DNA of 64,000 nt from Nitrospirota bacterium (GTDB lineage Bacteria > Nitrospirota > UBA9217): NCBI GenBank assembly GCA_035623825.1, contig DASPSR010000049.1:1-64000 (forward strand), given 5' to 3'. Positions within the stretch are counted from its first letter, which is position 1. Each line of letters starts with the position of its first letter. The position numbers and the translations under genes were made by a program. This document shows positions 19,837-29,640 of this stretch, piece after piece. A model generated the notes under the pieces. It was not told the origin of the DNA, searched no databases, and saw nothing but the letters and a program-made list of their open reading frames with translations.

Positions 19837-20612
19837 AGGTGCTGCAGGTCACAGGAATCGGTTTTAGCTACAACACAGTGGAGGTGCTGAGCGACATCTC
19901 CTTCAGCGTAAGTTCCGGAGACTACTTGGGAATCGTCGGCCCGAACGGTTCGGGAAAGAGCACGCTGATCAAGGCCATTCTCGGGCTTGTGCAGCCCGTG
20001 CAGGGTTCCATCAAGCTGTTCAACACGCCCCTGCAACAGTTCACCGAGTGGCGGAAGATCGGTTACCTTCCTCAACGACTCAAGTTCGCCGACCCCCATT
20101 TCCCGGGGACTGTGGAAGAGATCATCAGGCTCGGACTTCTTGCGGGGAAAAAGATTCCCCGATCGCGCACGAAAAGCGATGACGATGCGGTTGAGAAAAT
20201 TCTGCAGCTGATGGGGATTTCGCAGATCAGGAAGAGGCTGATCGGTGAACTCTCCGGAGGACAACAGCAGAGGGCCCTCTTGGCGCGGGCCGTAGTGGGA
20301 GGGCCGGACTTGCTTATTCTGGATGAACCGACCACGGCTCTCGATCCGGAAACGAGGGGCAATTTTTATGCCCTTCTGCACGATCTCAACCGCATGCACA
20401 ATACGACGGTCATCCTCGTCACACACGATACCTGGAGCATCGGCAAGTATGCTACTCGGTTCCTATATCTGGATAAACGAGTGGTTTTCGACGGCACCTT
20501 CGAGGACTTCTGCCATTCCGAGGAAATGACACAGTTCTTCGGAGAATATGCCCAGCACCAAATCTGCCACCGGCATGATGCCGAGGGGAGTGGTAATAAT
20601 GGGTTTCGGTGA
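19827..20612 (+). CDS. znuC: Metal ABC transporter ATPase (ZnuC-like)
   Basis: GPNGSGKS, LSGGQQQR, LDEPT and VTHD motifs; C-terminal HQICHRH. Confidence 0.88.
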   Translation: MSVEVLQVTGIGFSYNTVEVLSDISFSVSSGDYLGIVGPNGSGKSTLIKAILGLVQPVQGSIKLFNTPLQQFTEWRKIGYLPQRLKFADPHFPGTVEEIIRLGLLAGKKIPRSRTKSDDDAVEKILQLMGISQIRKRLIGELSGGQQQRALLARAVVGGPDLLILDEPTTALDPETRGNFYALLHDLNRMHNTTVILVTHDTWSIGKYATRFLYLDKRVVFDGTFEDFCHSEEMTQFFGEYAQHQICHRHDAEGSGNNGFR

Positions 20613-21438
20613 GGTCATCGGGTACGGATTCATGCAGCGGGCTCTCATCGCCGGGATGCTGATAGCAGTGCTCTGCGCCATTCTCGGCGTCTTTCTGGTC
20701 CTCCGCCGGTTTTCCCTGATAGGCGACGGACTCGCCCACGTCACCTTCGGGAGCGTTGCCGTGGCGCTCCTTCTGCGCGTCGACCCGGTCTATACGGCGG
20801 TCGCAGCGATCCCCATAGTGCTTATCTCGTCGCTGGGCATTCTCAAGCTCACGGAAAAGGCCAGAATTTACGGAGACGCGGCCATCGGTATCGTGTCATC
20901 CTTTGGCATCGCGTGCGGCGTCCTTCTAGCGAGCGCGGCGGGGGGATTTAACGTGGACCTCTTCAGTTTCCTCTTCGGCAGCATTCTGTCAATCAGCCCG
21001 GACGAATTGCTGATTGCTGTTGCGCTCTTCGTGGTCGTCATAGCGACGGCTGGCTTCTTCTATAACGACCTCTTTGCCATTACCTTCGATGAAGAGCTGG
21101 CGAAGAGTTCCGGCATCAGAACCGGGAGAATCAACGGGGTGCTGGTACTCCTCACGGGACTAACCGTGGTGCTGGCCATGAAGCTGGTGGGCATCATGCT
21201 CATTTCCGCCCTTCTGATCGTTCCAGCGGTAACGGCGCTGCAGGTAGCCCGAGGGTTCAAGACCACCATCCTGACGGCAGCCGGCTGCGCCGTGCTGTCT
21301 GTCGCTGCGGGAATATTTTCCTCCGTTGTCCTGAATCTTCCGGCAGGGGGCGCCATTGTCGTAATCAATATAGCCCTGTTCGTCGCGGCGTACGCCCTCC
21401 GGAAGACGCGGATGCGGCGCCGCGGGGTGCTGTCGTGA
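20599..21438 (+). CDS. znuB: Metal ABC transporter permease (ZnuB-like)
   Basis: FMQRAL, SLIGDGLAH, LFGSIL and FDEELA motifs. Confidence 0.88.
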   Translation: MGFGEVIGYGFMQRALIAGMLIAVLCAILGVFLVLRRFSLIGDGLAHVTFGSVAVALLLRVDPVYTAVAAIPIVLISSLGILKLTEKARIYGDAAIGIVSSFGIACGVLLASAAGGFNVDLFSFLFGSILSISPDELLIAVALFVVVIATAGFFYNDLFAITFDEELAKSSGIRTGRINGVLVLLTGLTVVLAMKLVGIMLISALLIVPAVTALQVARGFKTTILTAAGCAVLSVAAGIFSSVVLNLPAGGAIVVINIALFVAAYALRKTRMRRRGVLS

Positions 21439-21499
21439 TGCCGATATGATGAGGGACGGTATGGCGCGAATGTGGCCCGTCCCTGTGGGGACACCGGCG

Positions 21500-21520
21500 A
21501 GCCGGGACCCGGCTTTTTCT
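21500..21520 (+). terminator. Intrinsic terminator after znuB
   Basis: AGCCGG-GAC-CCGGCT followed by TTTTCT. Confidence 0.6.
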
Positions 21521-21667
21521 CCGTTGGAGGGAGCGGTCGACTCCTGCCGCGGAAAATGCTGTTCCATGAGGATGGGGCTATAAAGCTCCCATTGATGACC
21601 GCGAGAGAATCTTTGCTGCTGCCATGAACAGAGGATCTCCGTCGGGGAAATGCGGAGGTGCGCGAGA

Positions 21668-22915
21668 ATGCCGAACGAGAGTTTTGAACACAGGAAGGGT
21701 ATCTTGATCTTTTCAATAATGCTCGTACTGGTGGCTGCAGTCTCAATCGGGGCCGCTGCCGGATACTCTCTGTCGGGTAATGACAAGGCCGGTCTCCTTT
21801 TGTTCATGGCTCTCTTGCCGGCTGTACCGCTCCTGTCGTATCTTCTCTACAGAAAAATGATTTTCCCCTATTACCGGCGATTGGAGGATTCGAACCTGGA
21901 GCTCCATCTAAAGCATGAGGAACTGCTCGATATCAAGGACGACCTGTTCATAAAATTTCTTGGCATCTATGACGTAAACTACGCTGCCAATTCGCCGCAC
22001 CTTTTCAAAGACCGCATGAAAGATGTTGCTGACATTACGGCCAGGGTCATGGAGGCCGATGCCTGCTTCATCTTTCTATACGACAGGATGAAAGATGAAC
22101 TCGTGTTTGAGGCGGCTAACAAAGATTACGTAGGGAAGGGAGAGGACGCCCGCATACCGCTCGGCGAGGGGATCGAAGGCTGGGTCGGGAGGAGGCTTGA
22201 GCCCGTAATGTCGAAGGATTTCCGGAATGATGCACGGTTCCGCGAAATATCAGGACTAACCCTTGCCCGATATTCGTCAATATATTGCCTCCCCCTCTAT
22301 GTGTATTCAAACGGGGCTCTTGTGGGCGTGATGGATGTGCTATACGGCAAGGCGAAGAACTTCACTGACGAGGAAATCAATTTTTTCACGACCCTGTCGG
22401 GAATCATTGCCACAACCGTCCAGAACGAGCAGATGCAGTTAGAACTCCAAAAGATGAATATGGAGCTTGAGCAATGGGTGGCGGAGAAAACCGAGGAGCT
22501 AAGGGCTTCCGAGGAGCGTTACAGGACGCTCGTTGAAAACGCCTGCGAGTCTATCTTCGTTCTCGCCGGGAACGGCGATATCGTCTTTGCGAACGAACAG
22601 GCGGCTCTCCTGACCGGTTACAGCAAATATGACCTCTTACATAAGAACCTGTTCGAGCTTTTTGTCGATTCCAGCAAGCCCAAAGAAATCCTCACGGAGG
22701 TTGTTCAGGGGCGCCAGTCAGTCGGGCACGGGGATCTCAAGCGGACCAACGGCACAGTCGTACCGGTGGAGGTTAGCGCGGTCGGGCTCGTCCTGATGGG
22801 CAAGCGCTTTGTCCAGTCCGTTGTACGTGACATGTCGTCGCGTGTACGTCTCGAGAAGCTCCTCGAGGAGAAAGAAAGCCAAATATCCTCTCTCAAGTCT
22901 AAGCTCAAGGTATAA
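21668..22915 (+). CDS. Membrane sensor with 2 TM, GAF, coiled coil and PAS domains, no output domain
   Basis: Two TM helices; GAF motifs (LGEGIEGWV...PL...LVGV...FTDEE); SEERYRTLVENA PAS start; VVRD PAS end; short coiled-coil tail; SD GGAGGT. Confidence 0.85.
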   Translation: MPNESFEHRKGILIFSIMLVLVAAVSIGAAAGYSLSGNDKAGLLLFMALLPAVPLLSYLLYRKMIFPYYRRLEDSNLELHLKHEELLDIKDDLFIKFLGIYDVNYAANSPHLFKDRMKDVADITARVMEADACFIFLYDRMKDELVFEAANKDYVGKGEDARIPLGEGIEGWVGRRLEPVMSKDFRNDARFREISGLTLARYSSIYCLPLYVYSNGALVGVMDVLYGKAKNFTDEEINFFTTLSGIIATTVQNEQMQLELQKMNMELEQWVAEKTEELRASEERYRTLVENACESIFVLAGNGDIVFANEQAALLTGYSKYDLLHKNLFELFVDSSKPKEILTEVVQGRQSVGHGDLKRTNGTVVPVEVSAVGLVLMGKRFVQSVVRDMSSRVRLEKLLEEKESQISSLKSKLKV

Positions 22916-22960
22916 ATCTTAAGTTTCTGCGCAGGTATTTCTGTTCATTTTATTTTGGTC

Positions 22961-22989
22961 TTTACATATCTACGAACCTGTGGTATAAA
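22961..22989 (+). promoter_or_regulatory. Putative sigma70 promoter for the lptCAB-rpoN operon
   Basis: TTTACA-17 nt-TATAAA with TG extension. Confidence 0.6.
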
Positions 22990-23041
22990 TTATGCATATG
23001 GCGGCCCTGAAGGCCGCCATAATGATCTTCTTTTATCAGTT

Positions 23042-23608
23042 ATGAAGGTAATAGTAAAATTTTTCAAAGTCTTCGCGGTACTCCTCATCTTTGCCGCGTT
23101 ATTCTATGGCGGGTATCTGCTGTTACGCGGAGCAGATCTTACCATGCCATCGCTGTTCAAGCCGGTTCCCGGCACACGACTGCTTATGAGTATGGAAGGT
23201 TTCAGGCTCGCACAGTCGGAAAACGGCAGGGTGTCCTGGCGTGTGAATGCACAGAGCGCCAATCTTTATGCAAATAAAGAGGCGCAACTGCTGGATGTAG
23301 AGATTGTATTTACAAGCCCCGACGCGAAGGAAGCGGCGCTCCTCGGGGAAGTGGGGGTCATGGACACCTCTACGGGAAATGCTTCTATACGTCGTGTGTC
23401 GCGAGAAGTAAGAGTGGTAACGAATGACGGCTATCTTCTGACGACCGACTCCCTCATGTGGAAGGCCGGCGAACGTCTCGTGCAGACACCCGACCCTTTC
23501 AAACTGCTTGGCAGTGAGATCTACCTTGAGGGGCGTGGACTGACGGCGAACGTCGATCTGCATGAAATCGTTGTGAACAATCATGTTAAAGCTGTGCTTC
23601 AGGAATAG
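23042..23608 (+). CDS. lptC: LPS export periplasmic protein LptC
   Basis: N-terminal TM and beta-jellyroll pattern (LTTDSLMW...GRGL); upstream of lptA/lptB. Confidence 0.8.
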   Translation: MKVIVKFFKVFAVLLIFAALFYGGYLLLRGADLTMPSLFKPVPGTRLLMSMEGFRLAQSENGRVSWRVNAQSANLYANKEAQLLDVEIVFTSPDAKEAALLGEVGVMDTSTGNASIRRVSREVRVVTNDGYLLTTDSLMWKAGERLVQTPDPFKLLGSEIYLEGRGLTANVDLHEIVVNNHVKAVLQE

Positions 23609-24080
23609 TTTCTTATTGGTTGCTTCCGTTGTCCTCGTTGCGGCAATGCCAGTAACCCGCGGACCGGAGAAGGGCGAACGGGAGCCCATTGTAATCACGT
23701 CTCGCAGCATGGAGGCAGAAAAACTTGGTGATAAGGTGACGTTTAAGGGAGATGTGATCCTCAAAAAAGAGGGGATGACGCTCAATGCTGATTCGATGGT
23801 CGTCTTTTATGATGTCCCGACCAAGGGCATTCGGGAGGTCCAGGCATTCGGCAATGTCGTGGTGCGGAAGGAAGGCAGGGTAGCATATTCGAACAAGGCG
23901 ACCTATGACAGCCGTCAGGAAAAGATTGTGCTCACCGGCGATGCGCGCATCATAGAAAACGAGAACCAACTCGGGGGTGAGAAAATAACACTGTTTATGC
24001 GTGATGATCGCAGTATAGTAGAGGGAGGGAAAGTCCTTTTCTACCAGGACAAGCAGGTCGAAGGCAGGAAGAGGCGATAA
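23583..24080 (+). CDS. lptA: LPS transport periplasmic protein LptA
   Basis: PIVITS...FKGDV...ADSM...AFGNV...LTGDA OstA-like pattern; synteny. Confidence 0.88.
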   Translation: MLKLCFRNSFLLVASVVLVAAMPVTRGPEKGEREPIVITSRSMEAEKLGDKVTFKGDVILKKEGMTLNADSMVVFYDVPTKGIREVQAFGNVVVRKEGRVAYSNKATYDSRQEKIVLTGDARIIENENQLGGEKITLFMRDDRSIVEGGKVLFYQDKQVEGRKRR

Positions 24081-24090
24081 TAAGACAATA

Positions 24091-24816
24091 ATGACGCAGG
24101 CTCTTGAGGCAAAAAAACTGGAAAAGAGCTACCGAGGCAGGAAGATCGTCCGGGGAGTAAGTGTTCAAGTCAAGTATGGAGAAGTTGTCGGCCTGCTCGG
24201 ACCGAACGGTGCGGGAAAGACTACCACCTTTTACATGGTCGTAGGGCTTGTGAAGCCGGACCAGGGCAGAGTGCTTCTAGATGGCAGAGACATCACGAGG
24301 ATGCCGATGCACCAGAGAGCGCGCAATGGAATCGGCTATTTGCCGCAGGAACCTTCTGTGTTCCGGAAACTCAGTGTCGCCCAGAATCTCATGGCTATCC
24401 TTGAGACCATGGATCTATCGACGCTCGAGCGTCAGGAACGGAAGGACAGCCTTTTGCATGAGCTGGGCATCGCGCATCTCTCTGAGAGCAATGCATATAC
24501 GCTCTCGGGCGGGGAACGGCGACGCCTCGAAATCGCAAGAGCACTGACGCTGTCACCCAAATTCATCTTGCTGGATGAACCGTTCGCAGGCATCGATCCC
24601 CTTGCGGTACAGGATATCCAGGGAATCATCTCTCTCTTGAAGAGCAAGGGGATCGGGATTCTGATCACCGATCATAATGTGCGGGAGACTCTCGCCATCA
24701 CCGACCGTGCCTACATCATCAGCGAGGGGAAGATCATTGAAGCGGGGACGCCGGCGGAGATTACGGCCAGCCCGCGGGTCAGAGAATTTTATCTGGGTGA
24801 GGCTTTTCGGTTATAA
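24091..24816 (+). CDS. lptB: LPS export ABC ATPase
   Basis: [37 protein letters not shown] and [10 protein letters not shown] motifs. Confidence 0.97.
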   Translation: MTQALEAKKLEKSYRGRKIVRGVSVQVKYGEVVGLLGPNGAGKTTTFYMVVGLVKPDQGRVLLDGRDITRMPMHQRARNGIGYLPQEPSVFRKLSVAQNLMAILETMDLSTLERQERKDSLLHELGIAHLSESNAYTLSGGERRRLEIARALTLSPKFILLDEPFAGIDPLAVQDIQGIISLLKSKGIGILITDHNVRETLAITDRAYIISEGKIIEAGTPAEITASPRVREFYLGEAFRL

Positions 24817-24861
24817 TAATAAGTAGAGATCCGAGATCTCGAATTACGTGCAATTCACTCT

Positions 24862-26340
24862 ATGGAAGCCAGACTCGAACTAAAACTTTCACAGAAGCTC
24901 ATCATGACGCCTCAGCTACAGCAGGCCATAAAGCTGTTGCAGCTGTCGAGGCTCGAACTGGTACAGTCCATTTCACAGGAACTCGTTGAAAATCCCGTAC
25001 TTGAAGAACTTGCTCAGGAAGCGTCTGATGAAACCTCGGAATCCGAGGGGGAATCCGCTTCTGATTCTGATGCGGTGTCAGCGGGAGAATCCGTACCGGA
25101 AGGCAATGAGCCGGAGACGGGAGAGACAGCAGAGCTTAAGAGCGATCTTGAGCTCAGCCCCCAGTGGGATGAATATCTCAACGAATTGGGAGATGGCCGC
25201 GATTACGGCTACACCGAAGCTGATGAGAAAGAGTTGCCTTCCTATGATCAGACTCTCTCGAGGATGCCTTCGCTCAGCGACCATCTCCTGTGGCAACTCC
25301 GGCTCTCTACGTCCGAGCCCGGCGTGGTAAAAAGTGGAGAATGGATCATTGGCAATATTGATGATGACGGGTACCTGAGGGCCACGCTTGAAGAACTTTC
25401 ACAGCAGTCCGGCATCCAGGTTAAGGACATGCAGCGTGCGCTCGAACTGGTTCAGAGTTTCGATCCGATGGGCGTGGGAGCGCGTGACCTCCAGGAGTGC
25501 CTGCTTATCCAGGTGAAACAGCTGGACCTGCAGGGCACGCTCGTCGACAAGATCATCAAGAATCACCTCCCTGATCTCGAGAAGAGGAAATATCCGAATA
25601 TTGCGAAGGCCCTCAATGTCACACCCCAGGATGTGATGGAGGCATCGCAGGTCATAATCCACGAACTGGAGCCGAAGCCGGGCAGACCCTTTGTTGAATC
25701 CGATACGAACTACGTCGTGCCGGATGTCTATGTGATCAAGGTGGAAGACCGTTATGTCGTGCAGCTCAATGACGAAGGGCTGCCCAAGGTTCGTATCAAT
25801 CCTTATTACAGGAAGCTTCTCAGCCGCAAGGAGAGCGTGGACAAGGTCACCAAGGAGTATATAGAGGAACGGCTTCGCTCGGCACAATGGCTCATCAAAG
25901 GGATGGAACAGAGGAGCAAGACAATCTACAAAGTTGCCGAAAGCATCGTCAAGTTCCAGCTGGAGTTTCTGGACCAGGGGATCTCCCATCTCAAGCCCAT
26001 GGTGCTGAAGGACGTAGCCGAGGATATCGGAATGCATGAATCCACGATCAGCCGTGTGACTACGAACAAGTACATGCATACTCCGCAAGGAATTTTCCCA
26101 ATGAAGTTCTTCTTCACGACGGGTTTTTCCGTTGCAGCGGGCACCGAGGTTTCTTCCCTGACAGTGAAGGATGTCATTCACAAGATGGTGAAGGAAGAGG
26201 ATCCGTCCACACCGCTTAAAGACCAGCAGATTGTCGAGGCCCTGAAGGCAAAGGGAATCGACATCGCGAGGCGGACCGTTGCAAAATACCGAGAAGAGCT
26301 CAGAATCCCGCCGACTAGTGTGAGGAAGCGAATGGGATAG
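24862..26340 (+). CDS. rpoN: RNA polymerase sigma-54 factor
   Basis: MTPQLQQAIKLLQL, HESTISR and the RpoN box ARRTVAKYRE. Confidence 0.98.
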   Translation: MEARLELKLSQKLIMTPQLQQAIKLLQLSRLELVQSISQELVENPVLEELAQEASDETSESEGESASDSDAVSAGESVPEGNEPETGETAELKSDLELSPQWDEYLNELGDGRDYGYTEADEKELPSYDQTLSRMPSLSDHLLWQLRLSTSEPGVVKSGEWIIGNIDDDGYLRATLEELSQQSGIQVKDMQRALELVQSFDPMGVGARDLQECLLIQVKQLDLQGTLVDKIIKNHLPDLEKRKYPNIAKALNVTPQDVMEASQVIIHELEPKPGRPFVESDTNYVVPDVYVIKVEDRYVVQLNDEGLPKVRINPYYRKLLSRKESVDKVTKEYIEERLRSAQWLIKGMEQRSKTIYKVAESIVKFQLEFLDQGISHLKPMVLKDVAEDIGMHESTISRVTTNKYMHTPQGIFPMKFFFTTGFSVAAGTEVSSLTVKDVIHKMVKEEDPSTPLKDQQIVEALKAKGIDIARRTVAKYREELRIPPTSVRKRMG

Positions 26341-26388
26341 GATGCGCATAAGGATGTGCTTATTTCAACATTGGGCAAGGAGGGCACT

Positions 26389-26919
26389 ATGCAGGTCACA
26401 GTAATAGGAAGACACATCGAGGCGACAGATGCGCTCAAGCAATATGCGCAAGAGAAGTTCAGCAGGTTGGAAAAGTACCTGCCGAACTCAGTTCAGGCAG
26501 TCGTTACCCTGTCGGTCGTCAAGAAGGTCCACCACATAGCGGAGGCAGTGATAAAATCCAACGGTGTGTTGATACAAGCCTCGGAAGAAACCGAGGAAAT
26601 GTATTCGGCAATTGATCTGCTCGTCGAAAAGATTGAACGGAGGGTCAGGCGCTATAAAGAGAAGTTGGTGGACCATAAGCACCAGACGAACAAGTCAGCG
26701 ACGCTCTCTTCGGCGCCGCCCTCTCATGAGGACAGGATCCCGCAGATCATCAAGATAAAGCGCTTTGATCTCAAACCCATGCTCCCTGAGGAAGCCGTCA
26801 TGCAGATGGAGCTCCTGGACAAAGACTTTTTCATATTCTCGAACGCGGGCAGCGGACATGTCAATGTCATTTATAAGAGGAAAGACGGAAATGTCGGCCT
26901 GATCGAACCCGCAGTGTAG
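26389..26919 (+). CDS. hpf: Ribosome hibernation promoting factor (long HPF)
   Basis: GRHIEATDALK, MYSAID, KPMLPEEAVMQM and YKRKDGNVGLIEP motifs. Confidence 0.93.
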   Translation: MQVTVIGRHIEATDALKQYAQEKFSRLEKYLPNSVQAVVTLSVVKKVHHIAEAVIKSNGVLIQASEETEEMYSAIDLLVEKIERRVRRYKEKLVDHKHQTNKSATLSSAPPSHEDRIPQIIKIKRFDLKPMLPEEAVMQMELLDKDFFIFSNAGSGHVNVIYKRKDGNVGLIEPAV

Positions 26920-26931
26920 AGGATCCGCGGG

Positions 26932-27408
26932 ATGGCAAAGATTAGAGACCTGCTTGAGGATGACCTGGTTCTCGAAGAGATCAAGGCAACCGACAAACTT
27001 GGAGTGATCCGCGAATTCGCTGAGGTCCTCCAGGCAGCGGGGAGGATCAAAGACGCTGAGGCTCTTGTCCGTGTCCTGCTCGAACGTGAGTCACTTGGAA
27101 GCACCGGCATCGGCGACGGCGTGGCCATTCCGCACGGGAAACTCAGTTTTATCAGCGATATGATTGTTGCGTTCGGCAGGTCGAGCCGGGGTGTTGATTT
27201 CCAGTCTCTTGATGCAAAGCCAGCTTATCTTTTTTTTCTGCTCGTGGCGCCTGACGACAAGCCGGGAGACCACCTCATTAAGACCCTTGCCCGCATTTCC
27301 CGCATACTGAAAAACCCGGCGTTACGGGAAAACCTGACGCGCACAGCGGATCGGCAGGAAATCAAAAGACTGCTATACGAAGAGGACAGCAAATACCCTC
27401 AGAAATGA
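26932..27408 (+). CDS. ptsN: PTS IIA(Ntr)-like protein
   Basis: RESLGSTGIGDGVAIPHGK; position in the rpoN operon. Confidence 0.9.
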   Translation: MAKIRDLLEDDLVLEEIKATDKLGVIREFAEVLQAAGRIKDAEALVRVLLERESLGSTGIGDGVAIPHGKLSFISDMIVAFGRSSRGVDFQSLDAKPAYLFFLLVAPDDKPGDHLIKTLARISRILKNPALRENLTRTADRQEIKRLLYEEDSKYPQK

Positions 27409-28289
27409 AAGTTACCGTAAAAGACGTGGCAGGAAACGCAACCGTTATCTCAGGCGGCTCCGGCCTCGACAGGGAAGTGATGTCTCCGCAGGTTTGCACG
27501 CCCGAACTCTCGTCTCCTCTTTCCTGGAGAGGCATGACATCGAGCGTTGTTCATCTTCTCCCGCGCCAGATTGCCTACCTCTGTTCTCTTCCGGAACGGG
27601 AACGGATGCGTATCATTCGGGCCATAATACGCAAGAAGCCTGCCTGCATCGTCGTGAGCGGTGGCACCGTTTGCAGAGAGCTAAACGATAAAACAGAGGC
27701 TGCAGCAATCACCATGATTAAGAGCGGGAGAGTGTCGGACATGGCCCGTCTTCTCGCGTCGAAACTTACGCCGAGCGTCAGTCTCCACGGTGTGCTCGTA
27801 CAGATCTTCGATCTCGGGACGCTCATTATCGGCGAGAGCGCCATTGGTAAAAGCGAGGCGGCACTTGATCTGGTGCTTCGAGGTCATAAACTTGCTGCCG
27901 ACGACATGGTCATCATCGAAAAGATCGGCAGCGATATAGCAGGCCATGCCACTGAGATGGGCGCTGACCTGTTGCAGATCCGAGGGCTCGGTATCATCAA
28001 TATCCGTGCGTTGTACGGCGAGTCGGCAACGGTGGACTCCTGCAGGATCGGGCTTGTCGTGGAACTGGAGGAATGGAAAAAGGGACATCACTACAGCCTC
28101 GTAGGACTGCGTGAACGGCGCTATAAACTCCTCGGCGTCAATCTGCCCTATCTCAAACTGCCGGTGAAAACAGGACGGAATATGGCTACGCTCATCGAGG
28201 TGGCTGCCAGGAACCAGATGCTCAAGAACAAGGGTATCTATACCGCGAGAGAACTTAACAGAAGGCTGAAAAAGCGGCTCATCGTATGA
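27405..28289 (+). CDS. hprK: HPr kinase/phosphorylase (divergent motifs)
   Basis: HGVLV, GESAIGKSE, ADD, LQIRGLGII and PVKTGRN motifs. Confidence 0.9.
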   Translation: MKVTVKDVAGNATVISGGSGLDREVMSPQVCTPELSSPLSWRGMTSSVVHLLPRQIAYLCSLPERERMRIIRAIIRKKPACIVVSGGTVCRELNDKTEAAAITMIKSGRVSDMARLLASKLTPSVSLHGVLVQIFDLGTLIIGESAIGKSEAALDLVLRGHKLAADDMVIIEKIGSDIAGHATEMGADLLQIRGLGIINIRALYGESATVDSCRIGLVVELEEWKKGHHYSLVGLRERRYKLLGVNLPYLKLPVKTGRNMATLIEVAARNQMLKNKGIYTARELNRRLKKRLIV

Positions 28290-29149
28290 AACAGACGCGC
28301 ACAGTAGTGGTCACAGGGCTTTCAGGCTCAGGTCGGAGCGCCGCGATGAAGGCGTTCGAGGATATGGGATTCTACTGTGTCGACAACCTCCCGCTGGTGC
28401 TTCTTTCGGCATTCGTCGAGTTTGCTCGCGGGGCCGAAGATGTGGTCCATTCCGCGATCGGTATTGATATCAGGGAGAGGGGTTTTCCTGAACGGTTCCC
28501 GGCCCTTTACTCCTCTCTCAAGGCCGCCGGCCACGCGATAGAGATGCTCTTTCTCGATGCCTCCGATCAGACTTTGGTGCGGCGTTTTAGCGAAACGCGG
28601 AGACCTCATACGCTCGCCCGGGGGACCACACCTCTCATAGACGGCATCAGAAAGGAAAGGTCGGCACTCGGCGAGGTTAAGAAGCTGGCTGACCGGATCA
28701 TCGACACATCGGATTATACGGTCCACGACTTGCGGCAGGCAGTGGAACGCCACTACTCTTGGGTGGGTGCAGGCAGGCCCATGGTGGTCACGATCGTCAC
28801 CTTCGGTTATAAATACGGAGTGCCGTACGACTTGGACCTGATGTTCGACCTGAGGTTCCTGCCGAATCCCCACTTTGTGCCTGAATTGAAGGCGTATACG
28901 GGCGAGGATGCGAGGGTAAGGGAGTATGTTATGGCAAAGCCTGATTCCGCGGAGTTTCTGTCTAGGCTTCTTGCATTCCTCGAATTTCTTCTACCCCGTT
29001 ACCGCGGCGAAGGAAAGAGCTATCTGACGATAGGATTCGGGTGTACAGGCGGGAGGCATCGTTCGGTCGTGCTGTCTCTCATAATAGCGGAACGGCTGAG
29101 AAAGATTGGCTACGAGGTTAACGTCAAGCATCGGGATATAGGTGTCTGA
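28286..29149 (+). CDS. rapZ: RNase adapter RapZ/YvcJ
   Basis: TGLSGSGRS, VDNLP, RRFSETRRPH, RFLPNP and GCTGGRHRSV motifs. Confidence 0.95.
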   Translation: MKQTRTVVVTGLSGSGRSAAMKAFEDMGFYCVDNLPLVLLSAFVEFARGAEDVVHSAIGIDIRERGFPERFPALYSSLKAAGHAIEMLFLDASDQTLVRRFSETRRPHTLARGTTPLIDGIRKERSALGEVKKLADRIIDTSDYTVHDLRQAVERHYSWVGAGRPMVVTIVTFGYKYGVPYDLDLMFDLRFLPNPHFVPELKAYTGEDARVREYVMAKPDSAEFLSRLLAFLEFLLPRYRGEGKSYLTIGFGCTGGRHRSVVLSLIIAERLRKIGYEVNVKHRDIGV

Positions 29150-29152
29150 AGA

Positions 29153-29202
29153 GGGCTCTTGAGTTCACAGCATCTCAAGCGGGGAGAGAGGGGCAAGAGC
29201 CC
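29153..29202 (+). other. Intergenic stem-loop between rapZ and PTS IIA
   Basis: GGGCTCTTG...CAAGAGCCC inverted repeat, with an alternative inner CTTGAG/CTCAAG pair. Confidence 0.5.
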
Positions 29203-29231
29203 CGCAAGTCTTCCTAACAAGGAGAAGGGGA

Positions 29232-29633
29232 ATGATCGGACTGGTAGTGGTATGTCATGAAGATATGGGCTCTGAACTGGTGAAGGCCGCCGAGATGATC
29301 GTGGGAAAGATCGACGCAGTGGCAGCGGTCAGCGTGAAGCAGGAGAGCGCTCCGGATGTGCTCCGGGACGAGATCCAGGCTGCCATAAAGAAAGTCGACC
29401 AGAAGAAAGGCGTCATGCTGTTTACCGATATGTTCGGCGGGACCCCCTCGAATATCGCCCTTGCGTTCCTCGGAGAGAACGTCGAAGTTGTAACAGGCGT
29501 CAACCTCTCGATGCTAATAAAGTTTGCCAATCACCGGGATGAAAAAACCCTGCCCGAGCTGGCAAAGCTCGTGCAGGTGGCTGCACAGAAGAGCATCGTG
29601 ATCGCCAGCCAGATGCTGAAGGGGAAGAAGTAA
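29232..29633 (+). CDS. PTS mannose-class IIA
   Basis: VVVCHE (phospho-His), TDMFGGTPSN and GVNLSML motifs. Confidence 0.92.
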   Translation: MIGLVVVCHEDMGSELVKAAEMIVGKIDAVAAVSVKQESAPDVLRDEIQAAIKKVDQKKGVMLFTDMFGGTPSNIALAFLGENVEVVTGVNLSMLIKFANHRDEKTLPELAKLVQVAAQKSIVIASQMLKGKK

Positions 29634-29640
29634 ATTCTCA

